Below, in pieces: positions 7,861 to 17,896 of a stretch of DNA of 48,679 bases. The notes beneath the pieces were generated by a model. The model was not told the DNA's origin. It was given only the letters and a program-made list of their open reading frames with translations, and made no database searches. A program made the translations under genes and the position numbers. The stretch comes from Gammaproteobacteria bacterium. GTDB taxonomy: Bacteria > Pseudomonadota > Gammaproteobacteria > Eutrophobiales > Eutrophobiaceae. How positions within the stretch are numbered: position 1 is the stretch's first letter; every line of letters begins with the position of its first letter. The DNA is taken from positions 1-48,679 of the forward strand of contig JBLHKL010000002.1 of assembly GCA_047618295.1 (NCBI GenBank), given 5' to 3'.

Positions 7861-9057
7861 TTAAACGACCAATCCAGCAACGTATCCAGAAGACCATGCC
7901 CACTGAAAATTATATCCACCAAGGTGTCCTGAGACATCGACTGCTTCACCAATAAAGTATAACCCTGATTGGTTTTTGGTCTCCATTGTTTGCGAAGATA
8001 AGTAATCTGTATCAACACCACCCATAGTCACTTCTGCTGTTCGATACCCTTCAGTTCCCGATGGTTTAAGTTCCCATGCAGTCAATATTGCTGCTATTTC
8101 TTTTAATCTTTTATCAGAAAAATCAGTGAGAAGTTTATAGTGTTCATCAGGCCAAAATAATTCTTGCAGCTCTATAACCAGCTTTTTTACTAAGTATTGG
8201 GATAAAAGATTGCGTAATAATATTTTTGGGCTGTGTTGCTTGGCTTTAACTAACAACAATTCAATATCTTCATTTGGTAATAAATTAATCTGAATATTTT
8301 CTCCCGGATTCCAGTAACTGGATAATTGCAAGGCTGCTGGCCCACTTAGACCTCGATGTGTAAATAAAATACTTTCCTGAAACTGTTTATTCCCTGTTGA
8401 TAGGATAACTTCTTGCGATACACCACTTAATCGTTCAGATACATCTTTAAAGCTATCGCTAAAAGTAAACGGTACAAGCCCAGCACTGGTAGGGATTATT
8501 GGTATTTTAAATTGATTAGCAACTTTATAAGAAAAATTACTCGCCCCCATTTTAGGGATTGATAAACCGCCTGATGCCATCACCAAGCTGTTCGATCTAA
8601 ACTTGCCAAGGTTAGTATTTAGAATATATTGATTATCCGCATTATGTTCAGGTGCAGTAATCGAGGCCACTTCGCAATTCGTATGAATTTTTACAGCAGC
8701 TTGATCACACTCATTTTTTAACATGGCCAGAATTTCTTTTGCAGAATCTTTACAAAACAATTGCCCATGTTTACGTTCTTCATAAGCTATACCATGTTTA
8801 TCAACCAGAGAAATAAAATCCCATTGGGTATAACGACTCAGGGCAGACTTACAAAAATGCGGATTACCTGAAAGATAACATTCAGGTTCAATATTCAGAT
8901 TGGTAAAATTACACCGTCCACCACCGGACATTAATATCTTCTTACCTATTTTATTACTGCTTTCCAGTACCAGCACACTACGTCCACGTTGGCTCGCAGT
9001 AATAGCGCAGAACAGACCTGATGCGCCACCACCAATAACGATGACATCAAAATTCAT
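7861..9057 (-). CDS. NAD(P)/FAD-dependent oxidoreductase, YhiN/BaiN family
   Basis: VIVIGGGASGLFCA dinucleotide fold. GGRCNFTN and the C-terminal GGYNFQWAWSSG are typical of the family. Confidence 0.85.
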   Translation of the reverse strand: MNFDVIVIGGGASGLFCAITASQRGRSVLVLESSNKIGKKILMSGGGRCNFTNLNIEPECYLSGNPHFCKSALSRYTQWDFISLVDKHGIAYEERKHGQLFCKDSAKEILAMLKNECDQAAVKIHTNCEVASITAPEHNADNQYILNTNLGKFRSNSLVMASGGLSIPKMGASNFSYKVANQFKIPIIPTSAGLVPFTFSDSFKDVSERLSGVSQEVILSTGNKQFQESILFTHRGLSGPAALQLSSYWNPGENIQINLLPNEDIELLLVKAKQHSPKILLRNLLSQYLVKKLVIELQELFWPDEHYKLLTDFSDKRLKEIAAILTAWELKPSGTEGYRTAEVTMGGVDTDYLSSQTMETKNQSGLYFIGEAVDVSGHLGGYNFQWAWSSGYVAGLVV

Positions 9058-9076
9058 AAATTAACCTGTATAAAAT

Positions 9077-9409
9077 TCAGGTTAATAGAAAAGAACAGCA
9101 GTAATCAACAATATCCAGCGCACGGATATCAAACGAAGAATTTCCGGGCACATTAAAATCTCCCCCTGCTTCAACCTTTACCCATTCATCATCCTCACTC
9201 AATCGATACTCAACTGTCCCCTGTGTAATTTCCATGAGCTCAGGCGCATCGGTATTAAAATGATATTCTCCGGGCAACAATATACCGAGCGTCTTCTTTG
9301 AACCATCCGGGAAAAGAATGCTGCGGCTAGTAACCTTCCCATCAAAATACACGTTTGCTTCAATCACGACAGAGACTTGATCAAATGTACTCACTTTTAA
9401 ATACTCCAA
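9077..9409 (-). CDS. ppnP: pyrimidine/purine nucleoside phosphorylase PpnP (DUF1255)
   Basis: NVYFDGKVTSRS ... GEYHFNT ... MEITQG. The N-terminus is about 15 aa longer than usual, so a later GTG start is possible. Confidence 0.8.
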   Translation of the reverse strand: MEYLKVSTFDQVSVVIEANVYFDGKVTSRSILFPDGSKKTLGILLPGEYHFNTDAPELMEITQGTVEYRLSEDDEWVKVEAGGDFNVPGNSSFDIRALDIVDYCCSFLLT

Positions 9410-9466
9410 TAGAAAAATTATCGATCTGTATAATACCGTACACTTAAATTTATTATTGTAATTTTC

Positions 9467-10375
9467 ATGCCCGATATATTAGAAATAGAATCCGAACTTG
9501 GCATCAATACCAAGGCAGCTATTGTTGAGCCGGTTCAACACCCTGTTCTCGCCTATAATGGCATTCACCTGCATATCAAACGCGATGATTTATTACACCC
9601 CATCATCTCAGGAAATAAATGGCGTAAACTTAAATTCACCTTATTACATGCACTAACTAAAGGACATGATCACCTGATTAGCATGGGTGGCGCTTATTCT
9701 AATCACCTTCATGCCCTCGCCTATGTTGGTCACAAATTAAACCTGAAAACCACAGGTCTTATACGTGGAGAACAACCCACTGAAGATAACCAAACCTTAG
9801 CCGACCTGAAAAAATGGGGCATGAATCTTGAATTTGTTACGAGAGGTGAATTTCGCGAACTTAGGAAATACCGTAATCATGATGCAGAACCCGCTAAAAA
9901 ACATGATGGATTCTGGATCCCGGAAGGCGGCGCTAGTCATGATGCATTACGCGGTGTTGCTGAAATTGTAAAAGAGATAGAGTTGGACTTCGATACACTA
10001 ACAATAGCTTGCGGTACCGGAACCACGCTTGCAGGAATCGCAAAAGCACTGCCCAACAGTAAACGCGTGCTTGGCTTCTCGGCACTCAAAGGTGGTGGTT
10101 TTCTGGAAAAAGACATCAAAAAATTGTTGCACACGAAAGGCATGCCAAATTGGTCCGTTAACTTCGACTACCATTTTGGCGGTTTTGCTAAAACAACCGA
10201 TGAACTAATTTCATTTATTGAAGAATTTCAATCTCACAATAATATACCACTTGAGCCGTTATATAACGGTAAGATGTTATTTGGAATATTAGACTTGATT
10301 AAAAATGATCGCTTTAAAAAGGGTCATACAATCATTGCAATTCATACTGGAGGGCTTCAAGGAAACCGTAAATAA
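9467..10375 (+). CDS. PLP-dependent ACC deaminase / D-cysteine desulfhydrase family protein
   Basis: SGNKWRKL and GGAYSNH motifs; 302 aa. Confidence 0.8.
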   Translation: MPDILEIESELGINTKAAIVEPVQHPVLAYNGIHLHIKRDDLLHPIISGNKWRKLKFTLLHALTKGHDHLISMGGAYSNHLHALAYVGHKLNLKTTGLIRGEQPTEDNQTLADLKKWGMNLEFVTRGEFRELRKYRNHDAEPAKKHDGFWIPEGGASHDALRGVAEIVKEIELDFDTLTIACGTGTTLAGIAKALPNSKRVLGFSALKGGGFLEKDIKKLLHTKGMPNWSVNFDYHFGGFAKTTDELISFIEEFQSHNNIPLEPLYNGKMLFGILDLIKNDRFKKGHTIIAIHTGGLQGNRK

Positions 10376-10428
10376 ACTATAGATGTTACAATTTATTTTA
10401 ATAAAACACTTTGTGCTATTTTATCTAA

Positions 10429-10701
10429 TCAATCTCTATACTTTTTAAATTTATTTGCCATATTTTTCATTGCTTTTGTTTCTTTAAAAAAAGTAACTCT
10501 TTTACCATGCCTGCCATTCGAAATGGTTTTAATTCTCTTTGATATGTTTTTTGGTAAATCTTCAGGTTGGTCAACGTAATATGATTTACCAACTTTCTTC
10601 AATAAGCCTTTCTCAATTAAGATTTCAAAATCAATAGGAACAGAAAAATCATGAGATTCATTAGCCAGCATTTTTTCAAGGTTAACTAACTTATTATTCA
10701 T
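10429..10701 (-). CDS. hypothetical basic protein (90 aa) in an AT-rich patch
   Basis: ORF only. AT-rich relative to its neighbours; no family recognised. Confidence 0.35.
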   Translation of the reverse strand: MNNKLVNLEKMLANESHDFSVPIDFEILIEKGLLKKVGKSYYVDQPEDLPKNISKRIKTISNGRHGKRVTFFKETKAMKNMANKFKKYRD

Positions 10702-10807
10702 AGATTAATCCCTTTGGTTATAGTTTTAAAGGCGGACTCATTAAACCTGAAGAGTCAAAGTCGATTTATTTTTAATAATTAATTTGCCAGATTTAAAATC
10801 ACGATTT

Positions 10808-11665
10808 TCATGCGTTATGCAATATCTTCAACAAGGCATCACCATGTCTGTTAACCGTCTTTTCTCCAACTTTATCAATTTTTAATAACGCAGCCTTATC
10901 TTCAGGTAACTGCTTTGCCATCTCTATAAGAGCATAATCGGCCAGGATCCATTTTCTAGGTCTGTTTCTTTCACGAGCAGTTAATTCACGCCAGGCGGCA
11001 AGCTTCTTAACGACATCTAATTGTTTGCCTTTCATTCTTTTTGCGGCAAACATTTTCTTCCACATTAAGTCAGGATCGGGCTTATAGGTTTCGGCTTTAA
11101 TCAGGTTTGCAAGTTTTTCATTTAAAGATGTCTGATCTTCAATAGTCTTTAATTTTTCAACAAACATTTCATAGACTTTGCCAAGATAGATTGCATCATC
11201 TGCAGCATATCTGAGCATATCTTCAGATAGGGGTCGTCTCTTCCAGTCTGCGCGGGCATGACCTTTTTCGAGTTCTATGCTCAAGGCTTCCTTAACTAAA
11301 TTGCCATAACCTATTCCTTGTGCATAACCCAATAATGGTGCAGCAAGTTGTGTATCAAATAATGGGGTTGGGACTGATTCTTTTATATTGAAAAATATTT
11401 CAAGGTCTTGATGCGCAGAGTGCATTACCTTTGTAATTGAAGACTGATACAAAAGGTCTAACAAGGGAGTTATATCTTGAATCGCGATAGGGTCTATGAC
11501 TGCTGTAATATCACCATTGGACACCTGTACCAGACATAGCTCTGGGTAATAAGTGCTTACCCGTTCAAATTCAGTATCTACCGCTAACCATGTTGATGAT
11601 ACTAATTGTTCGCATAACTGTCTTAATGATTCTTCATCATCTATAAAACTAAATACTTCAGACAT
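10808..11665 (-). CDS. rnd: ribonuclease D, short form (DEDD exonuclease plus one HRDC)
   Basis: LAVDTEFERVSTYYPELCLVQV, HSAHQDLE and YAADDAIYL (DEDDy motifs). It is 285 aa versus 375 aa in E. coli. Confidence 0.85.
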   Translation of the reverse strand: MSEVFSFIDDEESLRQLCEQLVSSTWLAVDTEFERVSTYYPELCLVQVSNGDITAVIDPIAIQDITPLLDLLYQSSITKVMHSAHQDLEIFFNIKESVPTPLFDTQLAAPLLGYAQGIGYGNLVKEALSIELEKGHARADWKRRPLSEDMLRYAADDAIYLGKVYEMFVEKLKTIEDQTSLNEKLANLIKAETYKPDPDLMWKKMFAAKRMKGKQLDVVKKLAAWRELTARERNRPRKWILADYALIEMAKQLPEDKAALLKIDKVGEKTVNRHGDALLKILHNA

Positions 11666-11672
11666 ATTGTTG

Positions 11673-12281
11673 TTATATCGCTCCAGATTCTTTTAATACT
11701 GAATTGATAGTCTCAGCCATTACTCGATAACCATTTTTGTTAGGATGCACTGTATCTGATTTCAAAGAATTATCTCCAAGCACATCAGGTATCAGATCTT
11801 CAATAAAAATGATTCCGGTCGACGTAGCTATTTTCTCATAGACTTCAAAGGAAGATAGAAACAACCCCGGCTTAGGTACACCAAGCATAACAACGGGAAT
11901 GTTTTTATCTTTGGCTAACTGGATCATATTACGAATATTTGATTCCATTTTATTGATATCTTTTTTACGTAATAGATCATTGCCACCATGACACAAGATT
12001 AACAATTGTGGATTATATTTTTCCAATATCCCCGGGAGTCTTTTTAATCCAGGTTCAGATTCCTCACCAGAAATACCGGCATTGATAACCTTACGACCCG
12101 TTAACTCCTGCAATACGGCAGGATAACTTTCATTCTCTTTTGCACCATTTCCATGAGTAAGACTATCGCCAAAGGCAAGAATGACTGCATCACCGGGTAA
12201 TTTAGATATACTAGGTGCATCACCACCACAAGCACTAAGCAATACAAAAAATACTGTGCTTAATAATAGATTAACTTTCAT
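11673..12281 (-). CDS. SGNH/GDSL hydrolase lipoprotein (arylesterase/TesA-like)
   Basis: Lipobox LLSACGG. Also FGDSLTHG, GGND and DTVHPN blocks. Confidence 0.8.
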   Translation of the reverse strand: MKVNLLLSTVFFVLLSACGGDAPSISKLPGDAVILAFGDSLTHGNGAKENESYPAVLQELTGRKVINAGISGEESEPGLKRLPGILEKYNPQLLILCHGGNDLLRKKDINKMESNIRNMIQLAKDKNIPVVMLGVPKPGLFLSSFEVYEKIATSTGIIFIEDLIPDVLGDNSLKSDTVHPNKNGYRVMAETINSVLKESGAI

Positions 12282-12326
12282 GTCGGTTATTTTAAGTCAG
12301 TCAAAACAAGAGTTTGACAGACAGAA

Positions 12327-12566
12327 TCACTCTTCATTTTCTTCGTCTGATGCTTCAGCATCATAAGCTTCCAGTTTTTCTCTGTATGCCGCTATTTCTT
12401 TATCGAAATAACTCAGTTGTGCTTTTAATGATTCATTTTCATTGGTGAGCAGGGCAATTGTTTCCAGTGCCTCTTCAAGAGATGTCACTTCTGCCTTTGC
12501 AGCTGAAAAAGAAAAAATCAGCATGAAGCTAATAATTAAGACAGATAATTTATTATTTATATTCAT
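12327..12566 (-). CDS. small secreted coiled-coil protein (79 aa)
   Basis: Signal peptide, then heptad-like LEEALETIALLTNENESLKAQL and an acidic tail. Confidence 0.45.
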   Translation of the reverse strand: MNINNKLSVLIISFMLIFSFSAAKAEVTSLEEALETIALLTNENESLKAQLSYFDKEIAAYREKLEAYDAEASDEENEE

Positions 12567-12692
12567 TGTTATTGTCCCCCGACTACGATTATTTTATTTA
12601 GTTATCAAAACAGTATGCACGTCGTTTTCATCAAAAGCACATATTGCATATATTACTCATTAAGTTCAAATAAGATAATATTAAAATTAGAT

Positions 12693-13019
12693 TTATTTCT
12701 TCAGTTTTTTAATACTAATTGCAAAATCACTCATAGTGCCACTCTGCTTGTCTTTCTTAATATATTCCAGATTAGGTGAGCCAATTTTGCTATCCAAAGC
12801 GCGCATGTACCTTGAAATAATCTTATTATCTTTTGCAGTCCCGATAATCATCACCTTCTTGTCAATATTTTTGATTTCGGTAACTATGACACCTTCTATA
12901 GAAGCTGATTTTATTTTATCGACAAAGTCACCTTCTGCTTGAGCATTGAATGCAAAGGTCGCCATACATATTAAGATAATGCTACCAAAAGAATTACGAT
13001 AATAACTAAATGTCATCAT
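12693..13019 (-). CDS. small secreted protein (108 aa)
   Basis: Signal peptide ending AQA. There is a 14-nt overlap with the upstream HIT gene; family not recognised. Confidence 0.45.
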   Translation of the reverse strand: MMTFSYYRNSFGSIILICMATFAFNAQAEGDFVDKIKSASIEGVIVTEIKNIDKKVMIIGTAKDNKIISRYMRALDSKIGSPNLEYIKKDKQSGTMSDFAISIKKLKK

Positions 13020-13446
13020 TACAATTCTCCTGAAATTCGAACCCAGCTAATGCTGCTTGCTTGATTTTATCCGCCACACTATTTAATTCATTATCTGTAT
13101 AAACCTTGCCTGGGACACATCCCCATATCGGTGCTGGCCATGCTGCATCATTGTGATAACGAACAACATGATGAATATGGCATTGCGGGACGATATTGCC
13201 TAAGGCTGCAATATTCATTTTATCGCCATGAAAAGACGTCATTAGAAAATCCGCGAGCAATGAAGACTCCCGCAATAACTGCTGCTGATCTGCTTCTGAT
13301 AATTGATATATCTCGCTGACATCATCCCGATCTGGAACGAGAATAAACCACGGGTAATTCGCATCACGCATTAATAGTAAATGGCATAATTGAAACCGAC
13401 CAAGGATCAGACAATCGTTTAATAATTGTGGATGGAGTTCAGCCAT
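13006..13446 (-). CDS. HIT family protein
   Basis: Histidine triad PQCHIHHVVR. Confidence 0.85.
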   Translation of the reverse strand: MAELHPQLLNDCLILGRFQLCHLLLMRDANYPWFILVPDRDDVSEIYQLSEADQQQLLRESSLLADFLMTSFHGDKMNIAALGNIVPQCHIHHVVRYHNDAAWPAPIWGCVPGKVYTDNELNSVADKIKQAALAGFEFQENCNDDI

Positions 13447-13453
13447 ATATTAA

Positions 13454-13978
13454 TTAAGGCCCTTCAGAAGCGACCAAGGTCTGCTTACATTGTCGGCAAT
13501 GATAACGCACACCTTTTAATGCCCGGTTGTGCCTGATCTTGGTTAATTCATAACTGCGACATGAACAGGAATAAGAATATCGCTTGTACTGTTTTGTCGG
13601 TATACCCTCTAGATCAAAGCAACAGGTCACGCTTGGGTCAGCATTAAACATCGCCATGATATCTCGCCATTCTTTCCCATGTGGCAACGTTTTTCTTAGG
13701 CCATATAAAACATCGACAACGTAATGCGCCACTTCATGCGGCACGGTTGCTGTCAGGTTTTCCGTAAAATACTTGGCAAATATATAGGGGTTATATCGAA
13801 TCACTCGCTGGGCTCGCTTTACTTTATACATACCAGCGACCCTACCCTTCAAATCGAACATCACCGGGATGGGTTCGAATGAATATTCTAATGCGGTGCT
13901 GGCTTGATAAATACAGGCCTCAGTCGCAGCAATAATCTGTTCTTGCTGCTCTGCCTGAATTGGAACGATATCTAACAT
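13454..13978 (-). CDS. sprT: SprT family zinc metalloprotease
   Basis: HEVAHY zinc motif and a C-terminal Cys-rich zinc ribbon (CSCRS ... CRQC). I chose ATG 13978 (174 aa, like E. coli 165 aa); the track ORF extends to 14065. Confidence 0.8.
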   Translation of the reverse strand: MLDIVPIQAEQQEQIIAATEACIYQASTALEYSFEPIPVMFDLKGRVAGMYKVKRAQRVIRYNPYIFAKYFTENLTATVPHEVAHYVVDVLYGLRKTLPHGKEWRDIMAMFNADPSVTCCFDLEGIPTKQYKRYSYSCSCRSYELTKIRHNRALKGVRYHCRQCKQTLVASEGP

Positions 13979-14143
13979 TATACGAACTCTGCCACATCGT
14001 AAGGTAGGCGGCAATCTCTTACCGTTTACCTCTTCTCTATCATCATAGTATTGCCATGAGAACAAGGCTCTTAGACACGCTGTCGGAGAAAGTCAGGCTG
14101 GTATATCGATTGCATTTACTACTGAAACTAATGGGAGTCTATT

Positions 14144-14764
14144 TTGCCAATACAAAGCTTGTCCAGTGCGGAAATAATAAAATTTCATAATTCCACCAAT
14201 TCAACGTCTTCACAAGAAGGCAGCAGTCTATTTGGAGAAGATGAATTCTCCTTTGGCGATTTTCTCGATATTATAAATCCGTTGCAACACATCCCGGTGA
14301 TTAGCACGATTTACCGCAAGATTACCGGCGATATCATTGCCCCATCTATGCAAATCGCAGGCGATGCCTTATTTGGTGGCCCCATAGGGGCAGCCATTTC
14401 GATAGCAAAAGAGGCCATTAAGTCTCAGTTTAGTCAGGATAGTACCGAGAAAAATGAGACAGCCATCAATCCAGCGACTATTGCCAACAATACGTCGCAA
14501 CAATCACTCCAGATAATCAATGCTAGTGATTATTCACCCGCCAGTAGACTCAGTATCAATCCAGCAATTAATATTGTTGAGCAGCATTCAGACAACAACT
14601 TATTTAGACAACACACTGGCTCCATCGGCGAAGCCCTTTATAAGGACGCATTAAGGAGTAGCGGTATTAAAGGGACTGAAAAATATGCTGAAGTCATTTC
14701 ATCAACAAAATCGCCTGAAAATAATATCGACATCATCATCGGTTCAAGCGTTGGTGCAGGTTGA
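14144..14764 (+). CDS. hypothetical protein (206 aa)
   Basis: TTG start with GGGAG 8 nt upstream. Contains a conserved-looking FGDFLDIINPLQHIPVISTIYRKITGD segment; family not recognised. Confidence 0.5.
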   Translation: MPIQSLSSAEIIKFHNSTNSTSSQEGSSLFGEDEFSFGDFLDIINPLQHIPVISTIYRKITGDIIAPSMQIAGDALFGGPIGAAISIAKEAIKSQFSQDSTEKNETAINPATIANNTSQQSLQIINASDYSPASRLSINPAINIVEQHSDNNLFRQHTGSIGEALYKDALRSSGIKGTEKYAEVISSTKSPENNIDIIIGSSVGAG

Positions 14765-14795
14765 TTGTCAATTTATAGCTACCATGAACAGACAA

Positions 14796-14819
14796 GGCTC
14801 ATCATAACCAAGATGAGCC
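14796..14819. terminator. hairpin GGCTCATC-N8-GATGAGCC between convergent genes
   Basis: Seen directly, between the stop codons at 14764 (+) and 14834 (-). Confidence 0.5.
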
Positions 14820-14833
14820 CTATCATTTAACAA

Positions 14834-15070
14834 TTAACCCAAATCACTTAACGAAGCACCAAAGTTGATATGAAATGCTTGTTTATCGATAAGCAAAGCG
14901 GGCACAGACTTTACCCCATTTTCCTTGGCTTCTGCTAGGCGACTACTGTCGTCACCCAAATGGACTACTTCCATGTCGAATTGATTGCTATCGAGTGAAT
15001 GAGCTAGTCCTTGCTCTGCATCAATACAAACAGGACAACCCGCATGATAAAATATTGCTTTTGTTTTCAT
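14834..15070 (-). CDS. small thioredoxin-fold protein (glutaredoxin-like, CPVC)
   Basis: 78 aa, with AGCPVC near the N-terminus and VPALLID. Confidence 0.7.
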   Translation of the reverse strand: MKTKAIFYHAGCPVCIDAEQGLAHSLDSNQFDMEVVHLGDDSSRLAEAKENGVKSVPALLIDKQAFHINFGASLSDLG

Positions 15071-15153
15071 TCAAAAACTCCTCATATTTGTTAAAAAGAG
15101 TAAGCTATTATTCACAGTCGAAATGCCTTTAACAGTAGACACTTAATGGTTAG

Positions 15154-15432
15154 ATACTTACTAAATGGTCGCTATCTGTACTGCGATTATTACGCAATGG
15201 GATAAACCGTCCGGGAGAGATGCAACGTCAAGTGGATGGATTAACAACAAATGTATTAAACGAGCGCTTAATAAAACTCACCCGGTTTGGAATTATTGGA
15301 AAAGAAATTTATCCAGAAACACCGCCTAGAGTAGAGTATTTTTTTACTGAGTTTGGAAATAAATTTCTGAACATCGTTGATGTTGTCGAAAACTTGCAGA
15401 ACGAACTTACTTCTAGTGAGAAAAATAACTAA
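15154..15432 (+). pseudogene. HxlR-family winged-helix regulator, N-terminally decayed
   Basis: The frame reads ILTKWSLSVLRLLRNGINRPGEMQRQVDGLTTNVLNERL ... PPRVEYFFTEFG. In-frame TAG codons lie at 15151 and 15136 and TAA at 15130. The only ATG (15220) removes helix 1-2. Confidence 0.55.
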
Positions 15433-15509
15433 ATTCTTAATTTCTACTTAATGAAACAATAGCGTTACAGTAATTTCATTTAACACCAGTTTCTTTTAAA
15501 CTCAATAAC

Positions 15510-16376
15510 ATGACCCCATCTATTCCCACATCACTGTTATGGCTACCGGAATCTACAGTGAACACACTATTACAATATTATGATTATCCGAACCCTAATA
15601 AGCCCGGTCAGGTTATTGAAGGTTATGACAAACACCATGCGCTCAGGACAGCAAAAATGTGCGCAGCCGTTGCTCAACACCTGGGACATGGTGGTGAGAG
15701 AGTCCGTCAATATCAAATAGCCTGCTTACTGCATGACATGGGTCGAGCGGGTCTTGATCAAGACCTGTTTGGCAAGATTTGGACCTGGGCTAGAACCGAG
15801 GGAATTCCAACGCGACCGGCGGAGTGGCGTGCGGAGCACCCGGACACAACATACGGTAATGAAACCGAAGCATTTTGGATATTGTATCTACCCCAATTAC
15901 AGGAATTAGGAATAAAAACCGATGCCTGGGCAAAAGAACAAGTAGAGATGCGTCTGGGTTATGCAAGACGGCTAAGACGGCTGATTAAACAAGTAGAACC
16001 CAAGCTGAAACAAGATTGCATTCAATGGTTGGATTGGATGGAGCTCGTCACACTCTATTATTATTACCCGGAAAAACTGGCTGATGCCTTTGACTGGGTA
16101 CATGAGTTAGGAGAGATACTGGTCGCCTGTGAACAACTGGAGGCCTATAGTAATCGCGAACGTGGAAGCGACTATTATAATCGAAATGATGAAAACTTTA
16201 TTGATGCGTTTATTTATCTGGAAAGTTTGAAAGAACAAGGCCAGCTCAGCGATAAGGTTTTATCTGCCGTTCGTTTGTTAACTGGACAAGGTCTATTTGA
16301 CGCTATACTGGCAGAAGCTCGCGATGAACAGTTGTCTGCCAAGGACTTAGATTATCTTCGTTCTTTAGAGACTTAA
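15510..16376 (+). CDS. HD-domain protein
   Basis: HHALRTAKMCAAV ... CLLHDMGRAGLD (H...HD metal motif). Confidence 0.6.
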   Translation: MTPSIPTSLLWLPESTVNTLLQYYDYPNPNKPGQVIEGYDKHHALRTAKMCAAVAQHLGHGGERVRQYQIACLLHDMGRAGLDQDLFGKIWTWARTEGIPTRPAEWRAEHPDTTYGNETEAFWILYLPQLQELGIKTDAWAKEQVEMRLGYARRLRRLIKQVEPKLKQDCIQWLDWMELVTLYYYYPEKLADAFDWVHELGEILVACEQLEAYSNRERGSDYYNRNDENFIDAFIYLESLKEQGQLSDKVLSAVRLLTGQGLFDAILAEARDEQLSAKDLDYLRSLET

Positions 16377-16397
16377 ACTTCAGCTTGAGGAAAAAAG

Positions 16398-16820
16398 ATG
16401 GCCGTAATAACACAACAATTCTCACTCGACATGCAAGGTGCTACGCAGATTGAGAATATTACAGAAAAAGTACAAAACGGTTTATTAGAGTCCGGGCTTT
16501 CAGCAGGGATAGTAACCCTCTTCATTAAACACACTACGGCATCGATAATGATCTTTGAAGACGAACCTGGTTTGCGAATAGATACAAAAGACATCTGGGA
16601 CAAATTAATCCCTGCCAATCCAGAGTGGCAACATAATACGCGCAACGCGGGAGAGACCAATGGCCACAGCCATTTACGCGGTCAGATACAAGGACAATCT
16701 TTAACTATCCCGTTTACAGAACAGGCATTGATGTTAGGCACCTGGCAACAGATCGTTGTCGTTGATTTTGATACCGCTGCCCGAACGCGAGATATCATCA
16801 TTCAGATCATGGGGGAGTAG
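16398..16820 (+). CDS. yjbQ: YjbQ/UPF0047 family protein (secondary thiamine-phosphate synthase)
   Basis: GHSHLRGQIQGQSLTIPF ... LGTWQQIVVVDFD. Confidence 0.8.
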   Translation: MAVITQQFSLDMQGATQIENITEKVQNGLLESGLSAGIVTLFIKHTTASIMIFEDEPGLRIDTKDIWDKLIPANPEWQHNTRNAGETNGHSHLRGQIQGQSLTIPFTEQALMLGTWQQIVVVDFDTAARTRDIIIQIMGE

Positions 16821-16828
16821 TACAGATC

Positions 16829-16846
16829 AACTATTGGCCAATAGTT
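16829..16846. terminator. perfect 18-nt palindrome AACTATTGGCCAATAGTT between convergent genes
   Basis: Seen directly, between the stops at 16820 (+) and 16850 (-). Confidence 0.45.
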
Positions 16847-16849
16847 ATA

Positions 16850-17896
16850 CTAAATAATTGGCGGTTCTTCAGGCGAATCTATATCCGTAGATGGGTCAAG
16901 TTTTTGTTGGAACCGTTCGACTTTATCTGCAGCTGAATCAGGGCTTTTAAATTGTGCAATATGAAATAATGCTTCGCCTTCATTCACTAATGGAAGATTG
17001 ACACGGCTAATAATAATGCCATCAATGGGTGAAATTATTTCCTCTTCAACTTCACCAAAGGGATCTGCTACAAAACCTAAAGATTCATTTACTTCCACCC
17101 TTGCACCTAATGACTTTTGAACCCTTAATATTCCACTCTGTGGTGCACGTATCCAGGTACTGGAGCTAGCAACAACGGGCTCGACGTGTTTACGTTTACT
17201 TTTCAATGGGGGCAACATCCCTAATTCACGCATAACAGAAATAATGCCTCTGACACCTGCTCGTATAGAAACTTCATCAAAGCGTAGTGCTTCGCCGGCT
17301 TCATATACAATAACGGATGCACCTAATTTTTCCGCCGACTTTCGTAATGAGCCATCAATTATTGAAGTATTCAAAGTCACGGGTGAAGTAAATGCGCGTG
17401 CCATGCGTTCAGTTTCTTCATCATCCAAAAAGGCGCGAATATGTGGCAGGTTTTCACGATGAATCGCAGCGGTATGTAAATCTATTCCATGAGTACATTT
17501 GGACACAATTTCATTAAGAAAAAGGTTGGCCATGCGACCGGCCATAGAACCTTTTTCAGAACCGGGGAAAGAACGATTTAAATCCCGTCTATCGGGTAAA
17601 TATCGTTGCTGATTAATAAACCCATAAATATTAACAACAGGTATAGCAACTAATGTTCCCTTCAGCTTACCTATTGACTTTGTATTCAAAACACGTCGAA
17701 TGATCTCAACACCGTTAATTTCATCGCCGTGTATCGCCGCAGACAGGAACAACACCGGGCCATCTTGTTTGCCATGAATAACATGAACGGGAAGCTCAAG
17801 ACTCGTGTGCGTATAAAGACGAGGAACAGGCAGTTCAAGTGTCAGCCGTTCACCGGCACTAACAACTGTATTGCATATGTTGATAGCTTCTCGCAC
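16850..17896 (-). CDS. succinylglutamate desuccinylase/aspartoacylase (AstE/AspA) family deacylase
   Basis: GTG start directly abutting the rimK stop (TAAGTG). AAIHGDEINGVE zinc motif; 348 aa. Confidence 0.85.
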   Translation of the reverse strand: MREAINICNTVVSAGERLTLELPVPRLYTHTSLELPVHVIHGKQDGPVLFLSAAIHGDEINGVEIIRRVLNTKSIGKLKGTLVAIPVVNIYGFINQQRYLPDRRDLNRSFPGSEKGSMAGRMANLFLNEIVSKCTHGIDLHTAAIHRENLPHIRAFLDDEETERMARAFTSPVTLNTSIIDGSLRKSAEKLGASVIVYEAGEALRFDEVSIRAGVRGIISVMRELGMLPPLKSKRKHVEPVVASSSTWIRAPQSGILRVQKSLGARVEVNESLGFVADPFGEVEEEIISPIDGIIISRVNLPLVNEGEALFHIAQFKSPDSAADKVERFQQKLDPSTDIDSPEEPPII

